Shown here: positions 51,197 to 64,000 of the stretch, in pieces | Layout of the letters: every line of letters starts with the position of its first letter | How positions within the stretch are numbered: position 1 is the first letter of the stretch | DNA from: Schmidtea polychroa | Lineage: Eukaryota | Reading direction: 5' to 3' | Assembly (NCBI GenBank): GCA_044892525.1 | Contig: CM097888.1 | Span: forward strand, 34,844,001 to 34,908,000 | Length of the DNA: 64,000 nt | The notes under the pieces: model-generated | What the model was told of the DNA's origin: nothing | The model's input: only the letters and a program-made list of their open reading frames with translations | Database searches by the model: none | Position numbers and translations under genes: made by a program

Positions 51197-51297
51197 AATT
51201 TATTCAAAAAACGCTGAATTTTTAATTGATGAAATACACTAATCGAAACATATATGATACCGAAATACATATTTATTAGAATAGTGAGTAAATAAGG
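51197..51297. repeat. About 100-bp dispersed direct repeat; partner at 59180-59281
   Basis: AATTTATTCAAAAAACG.TGAATTTTTAA...GAAATACACTAATCGAAAC.TATATGATA.CGAAATACAT...GTAAATAAG at both sites. Confidence 0.85.
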
Positions 51298-54200
51298 TTG
51301 ATTTTATACAAGGTATATACGGTAAATTGTAATTATCACAAATTTTACACAAAATTTTATCAAAACTTTAGAGTAAAGAGGCGTTTTGGTTATCTTTTAA
51401 TATAAAAATGTTTCTTTGTTACTAATAGGCAACTTTTATAAACAATTTTCAAATATGTATTTTTAATATTCACAAACAATGACTCGTTTTTCCTCGGTGG
51501 TACGCAGATCATCTAGTCCAACATACGTTATTTTTCCGATAAGACAATGAATGTCTTCTTAAAAATCTATTTAATCATTTAACTAATAACAAAATGCAGA
51601 TTAAAACCATGTATATCTCTTTACATTGATTGTGAAAAGCAGCATAGGTAACAAACAAGCAGCTTGTATTTTCGTCGTGGATTTGAAACCCAATTATAAA
51701 TGTGACTCTCAGGATGTGGATAAAATGATACCTTTCTTCAGCCTATTAGATGCAGTTAATGCTTATTTGAACTTTCAACAAAAGCACATTTTACTAGCGC
51801 ACTCTAATCATCTTGGGCCTTATTCCATTTTCCTAAAGTGTCTTGTATATATTTCCCATGTTCATTTTTAATTTGGTTAACATTTGAAGTTTTGAACTGA
51901 TCGTCTATGTTTTTCTTTTCGCAATCATTTTCTTTTGGGATTTTGAAATTGAATATTTCTATACATGCGATATTTTTTAATTGAATTATTTAAACGAATT
52001 ATTTCGTTATCTATATCTAATTGTTGGATATAAAATAAATTTTTTGAATTCTAATCTTAAAATATTATTATTGATATTATCAATAGTGTGAACGTATTAG
52101 ACATCTCCCATAGTAAATTTTTAATATCTAGCAAAATAAGTTTGAATTAAAAAAATTATTTTATTTCATAGATAAAATTTTGAATATTTCTATATCTATC
52201 ATCTATCTAGTCATCTATGGAATAATCCGATAATCCTTGATTACTTTTGAAACAATGATTTGTAAGTAACTGTGAATTACACTTAGATTTATTTCCTGAT
52301 TTTAATAAATAACAAATTTTTACAAATTATGGACTCAAACAAAAATTTCATAATTGATACCTTCAATGGAAGTTTGAAAAAAAGCCTTTTCTTTCATTAT
52401 TTCATTGAAAGAGGAAGTATAAAAACTATTTGCAATGAACCATTCGATATTTGATTTTAAAGACGATCAACAATTGAAAGTTACTACAAAACAACGAAGC
52501 AAAAACGGCAGTTGATGGAACTGTAATATATTCCAAACTTATAAGATTTTATAATAAACCCAAATTCAACCAAGTATTATTAAAATTCATCGTGGAAGAT
52601 TTAATCGACAATTACCTCAATTTTGACACCAAAAACTTTGGAGTAATTCGGACGATTATCAAACTTATTGCTTAAAAATAAGGTTTCGAATAACCACTTA
52701 TAATGGATAATATATAAATTTCGCTAAGATATCCTTTATTTGCAATATCAAATAAGAAAAACTTTCATCGATAGCACATATAGCTTTCAAAATAATGCAG
52801 GAAACTAGATAATTTACTATCGCGATAACTATAAAAACTTAATGAAAAATGAATGGGGATAATAAGGAACTTTCAATCAAAAATATTAAGTAAAACTAAG
52901 TAATTTGAAAAAACACCGGTAATACCCTTTTACGACTTTGCCAAGCATATGCACCACTAAGTTTTATTTCAGAACTATACACCTTTAATTGAGTTTAATT
53001 TGATTTTTATGCTAACCATTTAGTTTCCTAATGCGTCAGCACAGTGTATTGAGTATTTTCCCATGTCCCCTGGAAAAAATTAAAAAAATTTTGTTAACTA
53101 TTAATTTAATATATATTAGATGTTAGAGACATGCATTTTAATTAGCTAAAAACCTTTTTTTAAAAACTGGGTGCTAATAAAACTTAAATTTTAGCTCTAT
53201 CTAAAATATTAATTGTAAAGATCATTCTATACATTCAAAGCAAGGCCAAAACATAATCCAGTAATCTCTTACTTACAATCACATACGACGTTTATGAAAA
53301 CTAAAAGTAAAATATTCAATTGTCTGCAATGAAGTCTTTTTAAAATCTTTTTATAATATTAATACTTATATACAGCAAATCATTAATAAAGATGTTGTAC
53401 GAACGAATAGAAATAAATTAGAAATTATCAAAAATTTTCAAAGCCCAAAATGCGTAAAAATTTCAGGGAACTATGCGACTTCGAATCATAGATTTTGGTG
53501 TTAATTACACCCACAATTAGAAGCTGAATTATAATATTAATTAATTCAAAAAAGTTCTTGTATCTCTAATATTATCTAAATATTTCGTGGCTAATTTTTG
53601 TTTTGTGATGTTTTATTTTTTTAAATTTTCCATACTTAAAATTACCGATAAAAACACAGTTATTACTATTAACTGCTTTTTTAAAAATAGGCAGAAAGTT
53701 TCATATATGTTTCACTGGTCATTATTAATGATAAATAAAACAAGGAATTTTATCAAATATATATTAAATATTTAGTATGCTTCGCTAACTAAAATATTTA
53801 TCTATGGTAAGGTGCAAAACATTTCATTCAAAGTGGTATGTTACACATTATACAAAGAGTGTTGGCCCCTTTCTTACTGGGTACAGCGATAACATCTTCA
53901 AGTTTACTTTTCAACTGATATATAATCGTCAACATTGAATAGTTAAAAAGATCAGAGATACCTCTGAATTACACCATAATTTGGTTAAATAGTTCGCGGA
54001 ACTTCAACAGACGGATAGGATAAAGTAATGCAATAAATAATTTTTTTATATTGCCTTCATAAAATTTCTAATGTGTTGAGACCTAGATGTTCAAAACCCG
54101 CAAAAGAGTTAGACAAATCTTTGTGAAGAACTTCTGTCAATGTAAAGTAATACATAAAATTAGAAATTCAGCAAACATCATACATTTATATATTAATTTA

Positions 54201-55156
54201 TTAAATTATGCAATTAAAGTGCCATAATTAATTACTTCAATCAATTTATTTTTTAAAAAATGCTAGTTTTAGAGAAATTTGTGATCTGAGGAATGCGAAA
54301 CCACACTCTGAGGTCTAAAAGAACTTTAATGCAAGTATTAGATTTTTCAGATTTTTATAAAAATATTTAAATCATCATGTCTGTGTGACCAACATCTTGA
54401 CTAACATTTGATAAAATATATATCGAAAACTGTGGTTACGTTAAATTTATTTATTTCTATTACGACTATAAATAAAAATTTTCCACTTATATAACAAATT
54501 TTCAGCACCGCCCTTCTTAAGTGTCATTCGAGTGAAAATACCAGCGCCAAAAATTTAAGTTACTTAGGGAAAATGGATCTGTAATTGTAATTAAAATTAA
54601 TAAATGTTAAAAGAAAACAATAACAGATCAAAGGTAAGCAAAATATAAAGGATTCTACTAATAATTGCAGATAAAAGATTAATTAAAAATTACTTGGGTT
54701 AATCTGTCAGAAAATTCTTTCAATAATCAATTTCGTGAATGTTTCAAATATTTTTAATTTAATATGTGATTAATGTTTACTATACTTAAAGATAGTAAAT
54801 TATAAAATATACTTTTAATATTTTGATATACATATTAGCTCATTTCTATCATGACGTGAAATTCACATACAAATTCATTCAGACAAACTAGAAAAAAATT
54901 CGTTTTATTGTAGTGAATTTTCAAGTTCGAATTCCTTGAAAAAAGTTTTATCTTGATTTATTTTATTTTTTTATTTATTTCATCCAATGAGAAAAGAGAA
55001 AATTAAAACAAAAAGGAAAATTAAAACAGCTGAATTCTCAGAAATTGATAAGGATTATTGTTATAATCTAAAATTATTTCATTTTATCAAATATATACTT
55101 TACATCAAACGGATTTTATTATCATTTACTCGTTGAATAATAATAATAATAAAACA

Positions 55157-55300
55157 ATTAAGTGATAATTTAAGCTTTTTGGTGCGAATAATGTATTTAA
55201 TGAAAAAAATTTCGACAATAAGATAGTTCTTATCTTATAGTCGAAAATTTTCTCATTAAATACATAATTCGCAGCAAAAGGCTTCAATTATCCCTTAAAT
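55157..55300. repeat. Long imperfect palindrome (about 65-bp arms)
   Basis: AAGCTTTTTGGTGCGAATAATGTATTTAATGAAAAAAATTTCGAC...GTCGAAAATTTTCTCATTAAATACATAATTCGCAGCAAAAGGCTT. Confidence 0.8.
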
Positions 55301-56433
55301 AATAAATGTTCCTACCAAGAAAAATTATTACTTGGGAATACTTTACATTAGTGATGCCCACAATATTTTCAACAGATGCCAAAAAAAAATTTTCTTAAAT
55401 AAATAATGCCAATTTAAAAAATTCAAATTTTTTATTAAAATCATTCATTAATACTAGATTTGCGGGTAAAAATAGCTGTAAAATTTAGTTATACTTAATT
55501 CGATATGCGAAATGAGGGAGTCAGTAGATGTGAATAATTAATATTTACCTATATTTCATGACATATCTAAAAACCAACATATGTATTCAAAAAATAATAA
55601 ATCAGTATTATCATATTTAGCAATAGAATTTTAAATGAGTCTATTTGGCTCAGTCCGTAAATCTAGTGTTAATATTATTGGTTAATTTTTCAAAATCAAT
55701 TCATCGCTATTTTAAGTTGAATATTTAAATTTGAATTTAGTAATCGATTCCACTGTTTATTTTTAATTATTTTCAAAGCTCATCTCCTTCTATTGTAGAT
55801 TAATAATAAACAATAATCATTGATTTCAAGGTTAGGGTAATTGTTTCGAAAACTTTAACAAATATGGAAATTTAAAGAGTACCAATAAAAAGACTAACGT
55901 GTGCCACACTTTGGGCACCACTGCTCTACATAGTGCATTCTTTATTAACTATTCCTTACGCTAATATAATAAATTGAGGACTCAAAGTCTGTCTATGTCG
56001 ATCACTGAGGGGAAAATATTCTAATATTTGGCCAATGTTAGTCGCAAGTATCATACTCTAAGAAATAAATTATGAGAAGTTTATATTGTGTTTTATTTAA
56101 CCCTTTCAATACTGTAGGAACATATTGTCCCAGAGAATTTCTAACAATTACTAAAATAATTTAAATGCTTACAAATGCATTGGGATCTGAGATTTTAGTA
56201 CTGTACGGTTATAGGCTCGTAAACAAGTCCAAATCTGTGTGCTTAGTTGCTATTTGCTGTCTGCTTTTTTTCTTTTCTATAAAATTTTGTCAGTCTAAGA
56301 TCAGAAATGAGCAACCCACGGCCCGCCGTTTTTTTGTTTATATTAAAAAAATAGGTATAACAAATATAAATCATTCTAATGTTCATTTTGTGTGTCACCA
56401 TTTTCCTAAATCTAATGCATGATTATAATATTA

Positions 56434-57829
56434 CAGGGTTTTTCAATTGAAATCAGATTTTTTTCAAATGAAATCAGAATTTTTTCAAATGAAATCAGAA
56501 TTTTTTCAATTGAAGTCAGAATTTCTTTAATAGAAATCAGAACTGTTTTAAATTGAATTCAGAATTTTTATGGGTAATAAAATATTATATACACTTTAAA
56601 TGAAATCATGATAGAGTAAAAATTGGTAGTTAAAACTTTTAATCAGAATTCTTCTCTTCTTACCGCCTTTAATGCAAACCTTCTCGTGTCGTTGAAAAAT
56701 CCGATACAATCCTCCGTGGTTATCGAATTGTGTCCCATTTCAATAGCGTTTTTCAACTCGATTACATTTAGAACGTTAGCCGATTTGACCATTGATTTCC
56801 ATTTCGAGAAACACTCTTCAATCGGATTTAATTGCGGCGAATAAGGTGGTAAAAAGCGTAACGTAAATCCAGAATTGTTGATCAAATCGCGTACGCCAAC
56901 ACTTTTATGTATTGTACAATTATCCATTATAATCGTACCTGTCGATATTCCTTTCGATCGTAGATTTCCTATAAATTGGGAGACAAAATTTGTAAACTTC
57001 TCTGCATTGTATCCAACTTCTACAACTTCAAAATTCAAAATCGACATTTTGCTGATTACTGCGCACACTGAATAGTTTTTACTTCGTATACTTCTCACTT
57101 CTTTGCAAGCAGGCGACCCTACTTCGGTTCGTCCATATCCCAATCTCATCGAGCAATTGAAACCGCTTTCATCAAGGAAAAAGACATGGTCCTCGTTTAA
57201 TGCCAAATATTCATTGGCATACTCATACCTGCGCTCAATAGCTTCCGCAGTGTTGCGGCAGCGGGTATTAAGGCTACTCGTTTAAAAGAGAAATTAAAGC
57301 CTTTGATTGACCTATGAATTGTGGCCAACGATACGTTAACATTCATAGACTCACTCAAACTTCTTTTCATACCTCTCAACGGAGTAGAACAATCATCGGA
57401 AATTTTTTCTTTTAGAAAAACTAAATGCTCTTCGCTCAATTTTTTGGACTTGCACCCTCTATCTTCCATTTTATCAATCCTTCCTGTCGTCTTGTAAATG
57501 CTAATAATACTATAAACAGTTTTATAGTTCATAACGAGATCTGCAGCAATTTTTTTTACGCTTTGGCCGGAATCAAATATGATACAAATAAGTTTTCTCG
57601 CAGCATTGCTCAATTGTGATTTTTTTGTTGGAGGTGTCTTATGGTTCATTGATTTTGAAAAATATTAATATTTTATGGATATTATATATACATATTTGAA
57701 TTTGATTTCGTTTAAAACAGTTCTGATTTCATTTGAAAAAATTCTGATTTCATTTGAAAACATTCTGATTTCATTTGAAAAAATTCTGAATTCATTTGAA
57801 AAAAATCTGATTTCAATTGAAAAACCCTG
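56434..57829 (-). mobile_element. IS630/Tc1-like DD34E transposon, 1396 bp
   Basis: TA TSDs; TIR CAGGGTTTTTCAATTGAAATCAGA extended by 5-6 tandem 21-bp units at each end. Confidence 0.95.
56643..57649 (-). pseudogene. IS630/Tc1 transposase with a single 1-nt deletion near 57258
   Basis: The HTH ORF (57649) and DDE ORF join as ...KRVALIPAA|RNTAEAIERRYEYANEY...; FLDESGF, IMDNCTIH and PPYSPQLNPIE (34 residues between D and E). Confidence 0.9.
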
Positions 57830-59389
57830 TATATACATTACATATACAATGTATTTTTCATTTTCATAATAAAACTAAATTTTTAAATGTAGTTGACTTT
57901 TTTATGCGGCCCGCCTGCCTTGAAAAAATTTACTAGGTGACCCAGATGCTGCAAAAGGTTAAACACCCCTGGTCTAGATGTTGCTAACAAACAGTAGACA
58001 CATGTCATGCTTATTACTAACTGTGTTTTTATATGTGCTGTGCTCGGAATTGCCAAGCTATTTATAATTTTATTTTACTTATTTAGTGTGCAGCAATAGT
58101 TGTTATGAGATTTTTTATTTCCAAAAAAAATGGGGCTTAAATAGTGTTAATTATTGGGAAATTATGTCCCATCAGTATTGAATAACTTATATATTCAAAA
58201 TTTTTGTTTTAGAATGGATAAACCTTAAATATTTAATTTTCCCGTCAAATTAAATTAGTAATAAATATTTTGTGCTATAAATATTACATGAATTAATAAA
58301 ATAAAAAAAATCGTATTGAAAGGGTTAAGGTGTGTTTTCAACCTTAGTATATTTTTTTAAAACCTGGCTCGCAATATCTAAGTTAAAATTTTGAAATATT
58401 ATTTATTTTCAAATCTCGATGATAAATTATAAAATAAAATTATAAAAATTATAAAATTTTAAGAGAATATTTGATATATTGATTTCTATGCCACATTTAC
58501 GATTACTGGAATTTCTTAATCATATTTTTAAAAAATAAAAAATTATGTTCATTAATGAAAATTGAGACTTTAACCATGTAATTATTATTATCTATTTTGT
58601 CAGTATTTTTAATAGTCATACTCAAAACAAATCATTTGAATAATAAAGAAAAGAAATGATTTTCTGAATTAACTTCAAGAAATTTCAAACTTTAAAATAA
58701 TGCCCTTAGATTTATAAAATTATATTTAAAACCCATGGTGACAGTGAAATTTTGCGCGATTGAAAAACAATGGCAAATCTAATATAAGACATCAAAATTC
58801 AACCGGTTAAGACGTGTATAATTATAATGAACTGTCATTAATCTATCATTTGATCTTCTCTGATGAAAATTGAATTTTAAAGAACTACTGGCAAGATTTT
58901 GTTTGCCACAATCCTCGATAATTTTATATGATTCAATACAAATACAATTCATTATAAAATATGCTCTAACAATTACCCTTCAAAAATATGAGTAATCATA
59001 AACGAAGTAATGGAATTAGATTGGCTCCCAAACTGTGTGCGTAAATTTTGAATCATTTTTTTTAATATATCATTATTACTTTTCATATCCTAAAAAGTAA
59101 ATATCGTGAGAAAATTAACGTAGAATAGCTTATCTATCCAATTAATTATTTTAAGGATAAGTCTGTTGAACAGACTCCGAATTTATTCAAAAAACGTTGA
59201 ATTTTTAAAAGTGACGAAATACACTAATCGAAACCTATATGATATCGAAATACATACATATTAGGGTAGTGTGTAAATAAGTAAATATTTTATATCACAT
59301 AAAAGGCAATGTTTTGGAACTACTGAATTAAATAATAAAAAGTTGGACTTTGTCCAAAATTAAAAAGCATTTATAATATTAAATCTAAC

Positions 59390-59566
59390 TTAATGGATCA
59401 CTACAGCTGAATATACCAATAAATTTTGGAATAAATGATTTCAACTTTAAGGCAACTGTATCTTCGCATTTATCACTGAAAACGGTTTGGTAAAATTTAA
59501 TTTCAATCTCTCCTTTTGGAAAGGATTGCACTGGCTTGTATAGAACTCCGTTGTTGTCATTTAATA
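59390..59566 (-). CDS. IPMK: IPMK internal exon (ATP-binding N-lobe)
   Basis: LNDNNGVLYKPVQSFPKGEIEIKFYQ...FIPKFIG. The four exons total 791 nt, which with 1 nt from an upstream exon gives a whole number of codons. Confidence 0.88.
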
Positions 59567-61414
59567 CTATAATATTTATAATACATCTTAATAAATAATA
59601 CATATNNNNNNNNNNNNNNNNNNNNNNNNNNNNNNNNNNNNNNNNNNNNNNNNNNNNNNNNNNNNNNNNNNNNNNNNNNNNNNNNNNNNNNNNNNNNNNN
59701 NNNNNNNNNNNNNNNNNNNNNNNNNNNNNNNNNNNNNNNNNNNNNNNNNNNNNNNNNNNNNNNNNNATCATAAATATAAACAATTTAAACTTGTAAATCA
59801 AAGCTTTATTGTGAAAAACTTATATAATCAATAAGCGTGAATTAATAAATAAGATAAGAATAAATAAAACTTCAGTTGAGTAATTAGTGTTACGTCGTAT
59901 GTCATGAAAGTACTTGATATATGACCCATTATTGTCAAAAATTGAAAATATTTGGTAATTAAAAGTAGTGAAACGAGCATAGTGGCCAACAATGAGTTAA
60001 TAGCACTACAGAATATTTAAGTAAATAATTTCATGACAATTATTTGGTATTCAACACTGGATTCTATTTTCGAAAAGTTTTTTTTCAATCTTATAAATTT
60101 TTTATGCACCCAATTATGTTTGTACACGATAGATACGTTTCCACAGAGTTTGTGTAAAATCAAAACATCTTGGATGTGTTAATGAATGCAATAAATTCAT
60201 TCGAAATTAAATGTTCGTCTTGTAGCTTTAAATAATATTTAAAAATTTTGGAAATTTAATAAAAGTTGTTTGCTTTATTAAAATCAGGTGAATTTTTTAT
60301 AGTAAACCGATAAAGGTAAATTTTATGAAGATTAGACAAGGGCAACCACCTAGGGCAACCAAAAACAATAAAATTTAACAAACCCATCAAAATTAATAAT
60401 TTGAATTGTCCTTACCGAAGTTTCTTTTGACAACGTTTGTTAAATTCCATTTTTAAGACCGTAAAATATTATTAAATAAGAAATAAATAAATTGCTATTC
60501 AAACAAATAATTATTTAATAATCTTTATGGAAATTGCTATTAAATATGTTAAAAATTAAACATTTTAAATTCATTTATTTTTCGTTCACCTTTAATTTTT
60601 TTTTGTTGATTTAAAATTTTTATTTCGACTTTTGATCAAATATGTATTAAGCAGAAATAAATTTGATTTATTAATGAATGACGATAAATTAAATTTTATA
60701 TTATATAAATTTTATTTTTCAATACCATATATCCTTATGTCCAATTTTTTCATCTGCTTTTTCATGCTCACTTTCATGATATTATGCTTTAAATTGAACC
60801 GGAAAATGTTGGACTAACCGCTTAGCATGTGCTAGTATAATTTTGGATGTAGCTCGGTATCCTATTTGATACTGAAGTTTATGAACTTAAAAAAAATCAA
60901 CTACATGTGACTTGTTCCGTAAATACTTCCATCCAATAACAACATTTAGTATTATATAATTTGAATATACTTAGGTACATACATTCAAAATATGATTTTT
61001 AGAACTAAAAACACATAAATTTATGTCAGATGACTAAAATTTAAAGGTTATAACATAAATAAAATAAACTTTAAAAGCGAAAATGATCATTGAACTCCTT
61101 TGAACTTATGGATTTTCTTGATAAAAGACTTTTTCAGAAAAGTTTGTTGCTATGTTTCAAGCGCTCAGGTTAGTTAAGATTCAAAAAGATTTTGATAAGG
61201 TTGAAGAAATTTTTGACTTCCAATCCTTACCGTGTTAGCTTATTTCGATTATAGATTTACTTCTATTTAGCACAAATTTTCGGATCAGTCTATTCAAGTG
61301 TTTTAATAATAAATAATTAATTTTTTTACATTACATATTAAAAGCTTTGTTAAAGTATGATGCAAATTTGATAAAAATAAAATTAAAAATCAAATGTTAT
61401 TTTATTGATTATAT

Positions 61415-61480
61415 CAGGGGTTCCCAACCTTTTCATAGTACCGTACCTGTACATTGTAAATAATTTTATGGCGTACCGGT
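61415..61480 (+). mobile_element. hAT left terminus without a recognised partner
   Basis: CAGGGGTTCCCAACCTTTT followed by GTACC subterminal repeats. Confidence 0.45.
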
Positions 61481-62799
61481 AAACCTATTTTTTTAATGGG
61501 GTATAAAATGCAATGGAGATTTGTAATATATATACATAATATATCTCGAGACAACAGATGACATCTGCATTAAATCAATACATTTTTAAGGATGCACTAA
61601 AGTTTCTGTCAACTAATCTTGACCTATTTATTACACATTTGTATGAAAAGTAATTAAATTAGATTAGATTCCTTTTAACTCATAATTTACATTGCCAAAT
61701 AAAGTTAACAATAGATTTATTTTAAGAGTCTGTAATATCCCATTGACAATGGTGATTTGTTTTTGTTGACCAAATTATTTCACTTGGCAACTATTATTTT
61801 CAAATATGCCATTAAATATGTTTTCGCAGTTCATCATCCCAGATGGAATAATTACATGAAATACTAAAACTAAATTTATATTATAAATTAATATAAAATG
61901 GAATCAAGAAAATTTAATATATGTGATTGAGCTTGCTCTTCAATAAAAAAAACCTTTTCATCAAATATTAATTAAAAAATCGAATATTGAAATATGACAA
62001 ATTTATATTTTAGGTCTTCCTAAATTGTAATCTTCGAAACTGCTGTATACGAAAAAAATTTTAGATAATTTTCCAATAAAAATACAAAAATTTATTCCAC
62101 ATTAAAAGTGTGCGCAAATTTTAAAATTGAGAAAAGAATGTTCAATGACATACTTCGGTTTAAGTGATCAAAGTTGTCTCAGTCTCAAGATGTAATTTGT
62201 ATGATATTATTACAAATAATATCATATTTGTGAAGAAAATATGGTTTATAAATCCCACCAATATTAAATATTGTATGATACTACTGAAACAAAAGTCTGA
62301 CAACATCTTGATCAATTTTTGGTTGAGTTGTTAAGAATATTATTAAAATTTGTGTGACAAATGAGAAATTTATGAGAAACTTATTCTTAAATTTTTTCTT
62401 AAAAGGTAAGCATAGAATCCATTAAATATCTAACTTCTCTTCACCAATATATCTCTTGTGTAACGACAAACAGCACCAATATTTACATTAACACGTGGAA
62501 GGTTTTCTTTTGTTTATTTTATTTTGAAATGTAAATAAAATTTTGATTTAATTTTTTATATTTTTCGAGTTCAATAAAATGTAGAATTATTTTTTAGAAT
62601 TTATATCTGTGACCAATTTAATTTATTGGATTAGTAATGTGATATTGACAAAAAATTGTTTTGTTTTTTACCTGTGGTAGGACTGCATGAATTTTATCAT
62701 TTGTTACAGGGATTTCACCGTTTCAACATAAAATGTTGATAACAGGTTGCGTGCACATTAGTTTTTTGTTTTATTTCATTATTAGCAAGTAAAAATGAA

Positions 62800-63330
62800 G
62801 AAGCATGGCAAGATTTATAGATTACAAATTGTTAGTAGCGACAAATTTCAGATTGAGATATTTATAATGTTTGCATGTGTCTTTCAATTCCGCCATTTAC
62901 TTCACTCCTTATTCTGAATATATATTTGTCCGTGATACTACTGGAAACTTCAATAGGACTCGAAACATTTCATACCGGGAGGACACTTGATATTTTGAAT
63001 TGCTTTGGATAACCGTGTCATTATTTCGTTGTTGTTCATTTGTCATGAGAACCTAAAATGTGATGTCGACAGTATTGTGGTCTTGTCAAAACATTCTTCA
63101 ACATTTCCGTTTGAATTTTTTTCAGAGCTCCATTTTTGTGGTCAGTACAAACAGCTGTGGCGTCTGAAATAATCATTTGAATGATTGACCTGGCATCATA
63201 ATTGTCAACCATGGATTTAATTTCGTTAAAAATATGTTGAGAAGATCCACTTTGACATTCAACGATCCCAAGTTTTATTTCTCTTGACGGGCTTTATATT
63301 TACACAACTTGATACTCTTTTCTATTTAAG
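62800..63330 (-). mobile_element. hATm-like (DTT..NTG / C.HH class) transposase remnant
   Basis: Minus-strand frame KEYQVV...REIKLGIVECQSG...IQMIISDATAVCTDHKNGA...YCRHHIL, with stops. Family assignment from recall. Confidence 0.55.
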
Positions 63331-63927
63331 AATTTCCCGTCGAAATGCAATCAGTAATTCTTTTCTTGAGAAAAAACCATATTAATTCTTTCTTGTATCA
63401 AACTTCCTTCCCCGAGAAAGAGAAAACCCAAAACTTCCGAAATCTTATAATTTTATTATTTTTAACTACCGGAGAGTAAGACCTGATTTTACTTTCGAAG
63501 AAATGAGGTTTTTAAGAAAAAATTAAAAACCGAAAGTAGGACCGGTTTTACTTTCGGATAATTAGATTAAATTATAAAAAATTTTAAAAATTATGATTGT
63601 TTCGAATTAATTACATATTACATTGACGTATTACAGTATCAATAATGATTTTTAGATTATGTTTATGCATTTAGAGGTAAGTGTACACAAACTTCAATTA
63701 TACAAGATTACAAATATAGAAGGTTGAAAAATAAATTTCTCAGTCACTTTTATTTTTTAAAAATTGATTCTTTTAAACTCTAATTTGTTAGTTTATTGGC
63801 TTCAGAAACTTAGAAAAGTATCCAACTTTTGAGATATTTAAGTTTAAAGTATATTTCTATAATGCAAATAAATAATAGTTTAATTAATAATAATTTTAAT
63901 TAATAATAAATAGTATTAGTATTAATC

Positions 63928-64000
<73 letters not shown>
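63928..64000. repeat. (AAT)n microsatellite running off the window end
   Basis: Perfect aataataat run. Confidence 0.97.

Larger units (their letters stand above)
56302..57971. mobile_element. hAT (Buster-like) MITE nested in the piggyBac and interrupted by the IS630/Tc1 element
   Basis: Left end CAGAAATGAGCAACCCACGGCCCGC; right end GCGGCCCGC...AAAGGTTAAACACCCCTG; flanks GTCTA(A)GAT / GTCTAGAT. Confidence 0.65.
56101..58324. mobile_element. Non-autonomous piggyBac hosting nested insertions
   Basis: TTAA at 56097-100 and 58325-28; TIR CCCTTTCAATAC / GTATTGAAAGGG. Confidence 0.88.

Noticed and set aside
52400-52900. Possible Ac-like hAT fragment (LLKFIVEDL), with similar scraps at about 44900-45100 and 50600-50700
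   Set aside because: Too degraded and without termini to delimit as features.
57197-57290. Programmed -1 frameshift in the IS630-like transposase (TTTAAAC nearby)
   Set aside because: The heptamer is not in the X XXY YYZ register of the upstream frame, and conserved residues continue in frame 1 to IPAA, so a simple 1-nt deletion explains it.
57675-57869. ORF with LISFEKI repeats
   Set aside because: It is the translation of the 21-bp tandem units in the transposon TIR.
59385-59801. 138-aa ORF from the track
   Set aside because: It spans an N gap; only 59390-59566 is a supported exon. The IPMK first exon (QVAGH-type motif) was searched for in 59767-64000 and not found.
1-64000. RNA-guided nuclease cargo (Fanzor/TnpB), rRNA or tRNA genes
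   Set aside because: No RuvC-like ORF is associated with any transposon, and no cloverleaf or rRNA-conserved sequence was recognised; the only B-box-like match (about 1460) lacks a tRNA fold.

Overview
Very AT-rich eukaryotic DNA in which a few host genes sit among dense transposon debris. Short 43-64 nt introns, multi-kb TE-filled introns and animal-type genes suggest a compact-bodied metazoan such as a myxozoan-like parasite; the taxon is inference only. Host genes: (1) two convergent Angel/CCR4-like EEP phosphatase paralogues (+ copy: exons <2-181, 227-296, 5550-6397; - copy: exons 11737-11955, 11622-11691, 8621-9477) plus a partial duplicate carrying an orphan exon 2; (2) a stand-alone Nup98 (30364->26914) with a GLEBS motif, about 31 tandem 12-aa FG units, and an autoproteolytic-like domain that ends NFSQI-stop, with no Nup96; (3) IPMK spread over about 20 kb on the - strand (four exons found, first exon not located); (4) a CSTF3/CstF-77 pseudogene; (5) one or two orphan ORFs near 16-17 kb. 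Mobile DNA: a full-length intron-containing piggyBac with one nonsense codon, two non-autonomous piggyBacs, a compact Ty3/gypsy element with about 94-bp LTRs and a 5-bp TSD, several hAT elements (ZMYM1-like, Buster, hATm-like), an IS630/Tc1 DD34E element nested in a hAT MITE inside a piggyBac MITE, pogo and mariner relics, TA-MITEs, foldback elements and five solo-LTR-like sequences. No rRNA, tRNA or CRISPR array was recognised. Assembly gaps lie at about 6411-6584 and 59606-59766.
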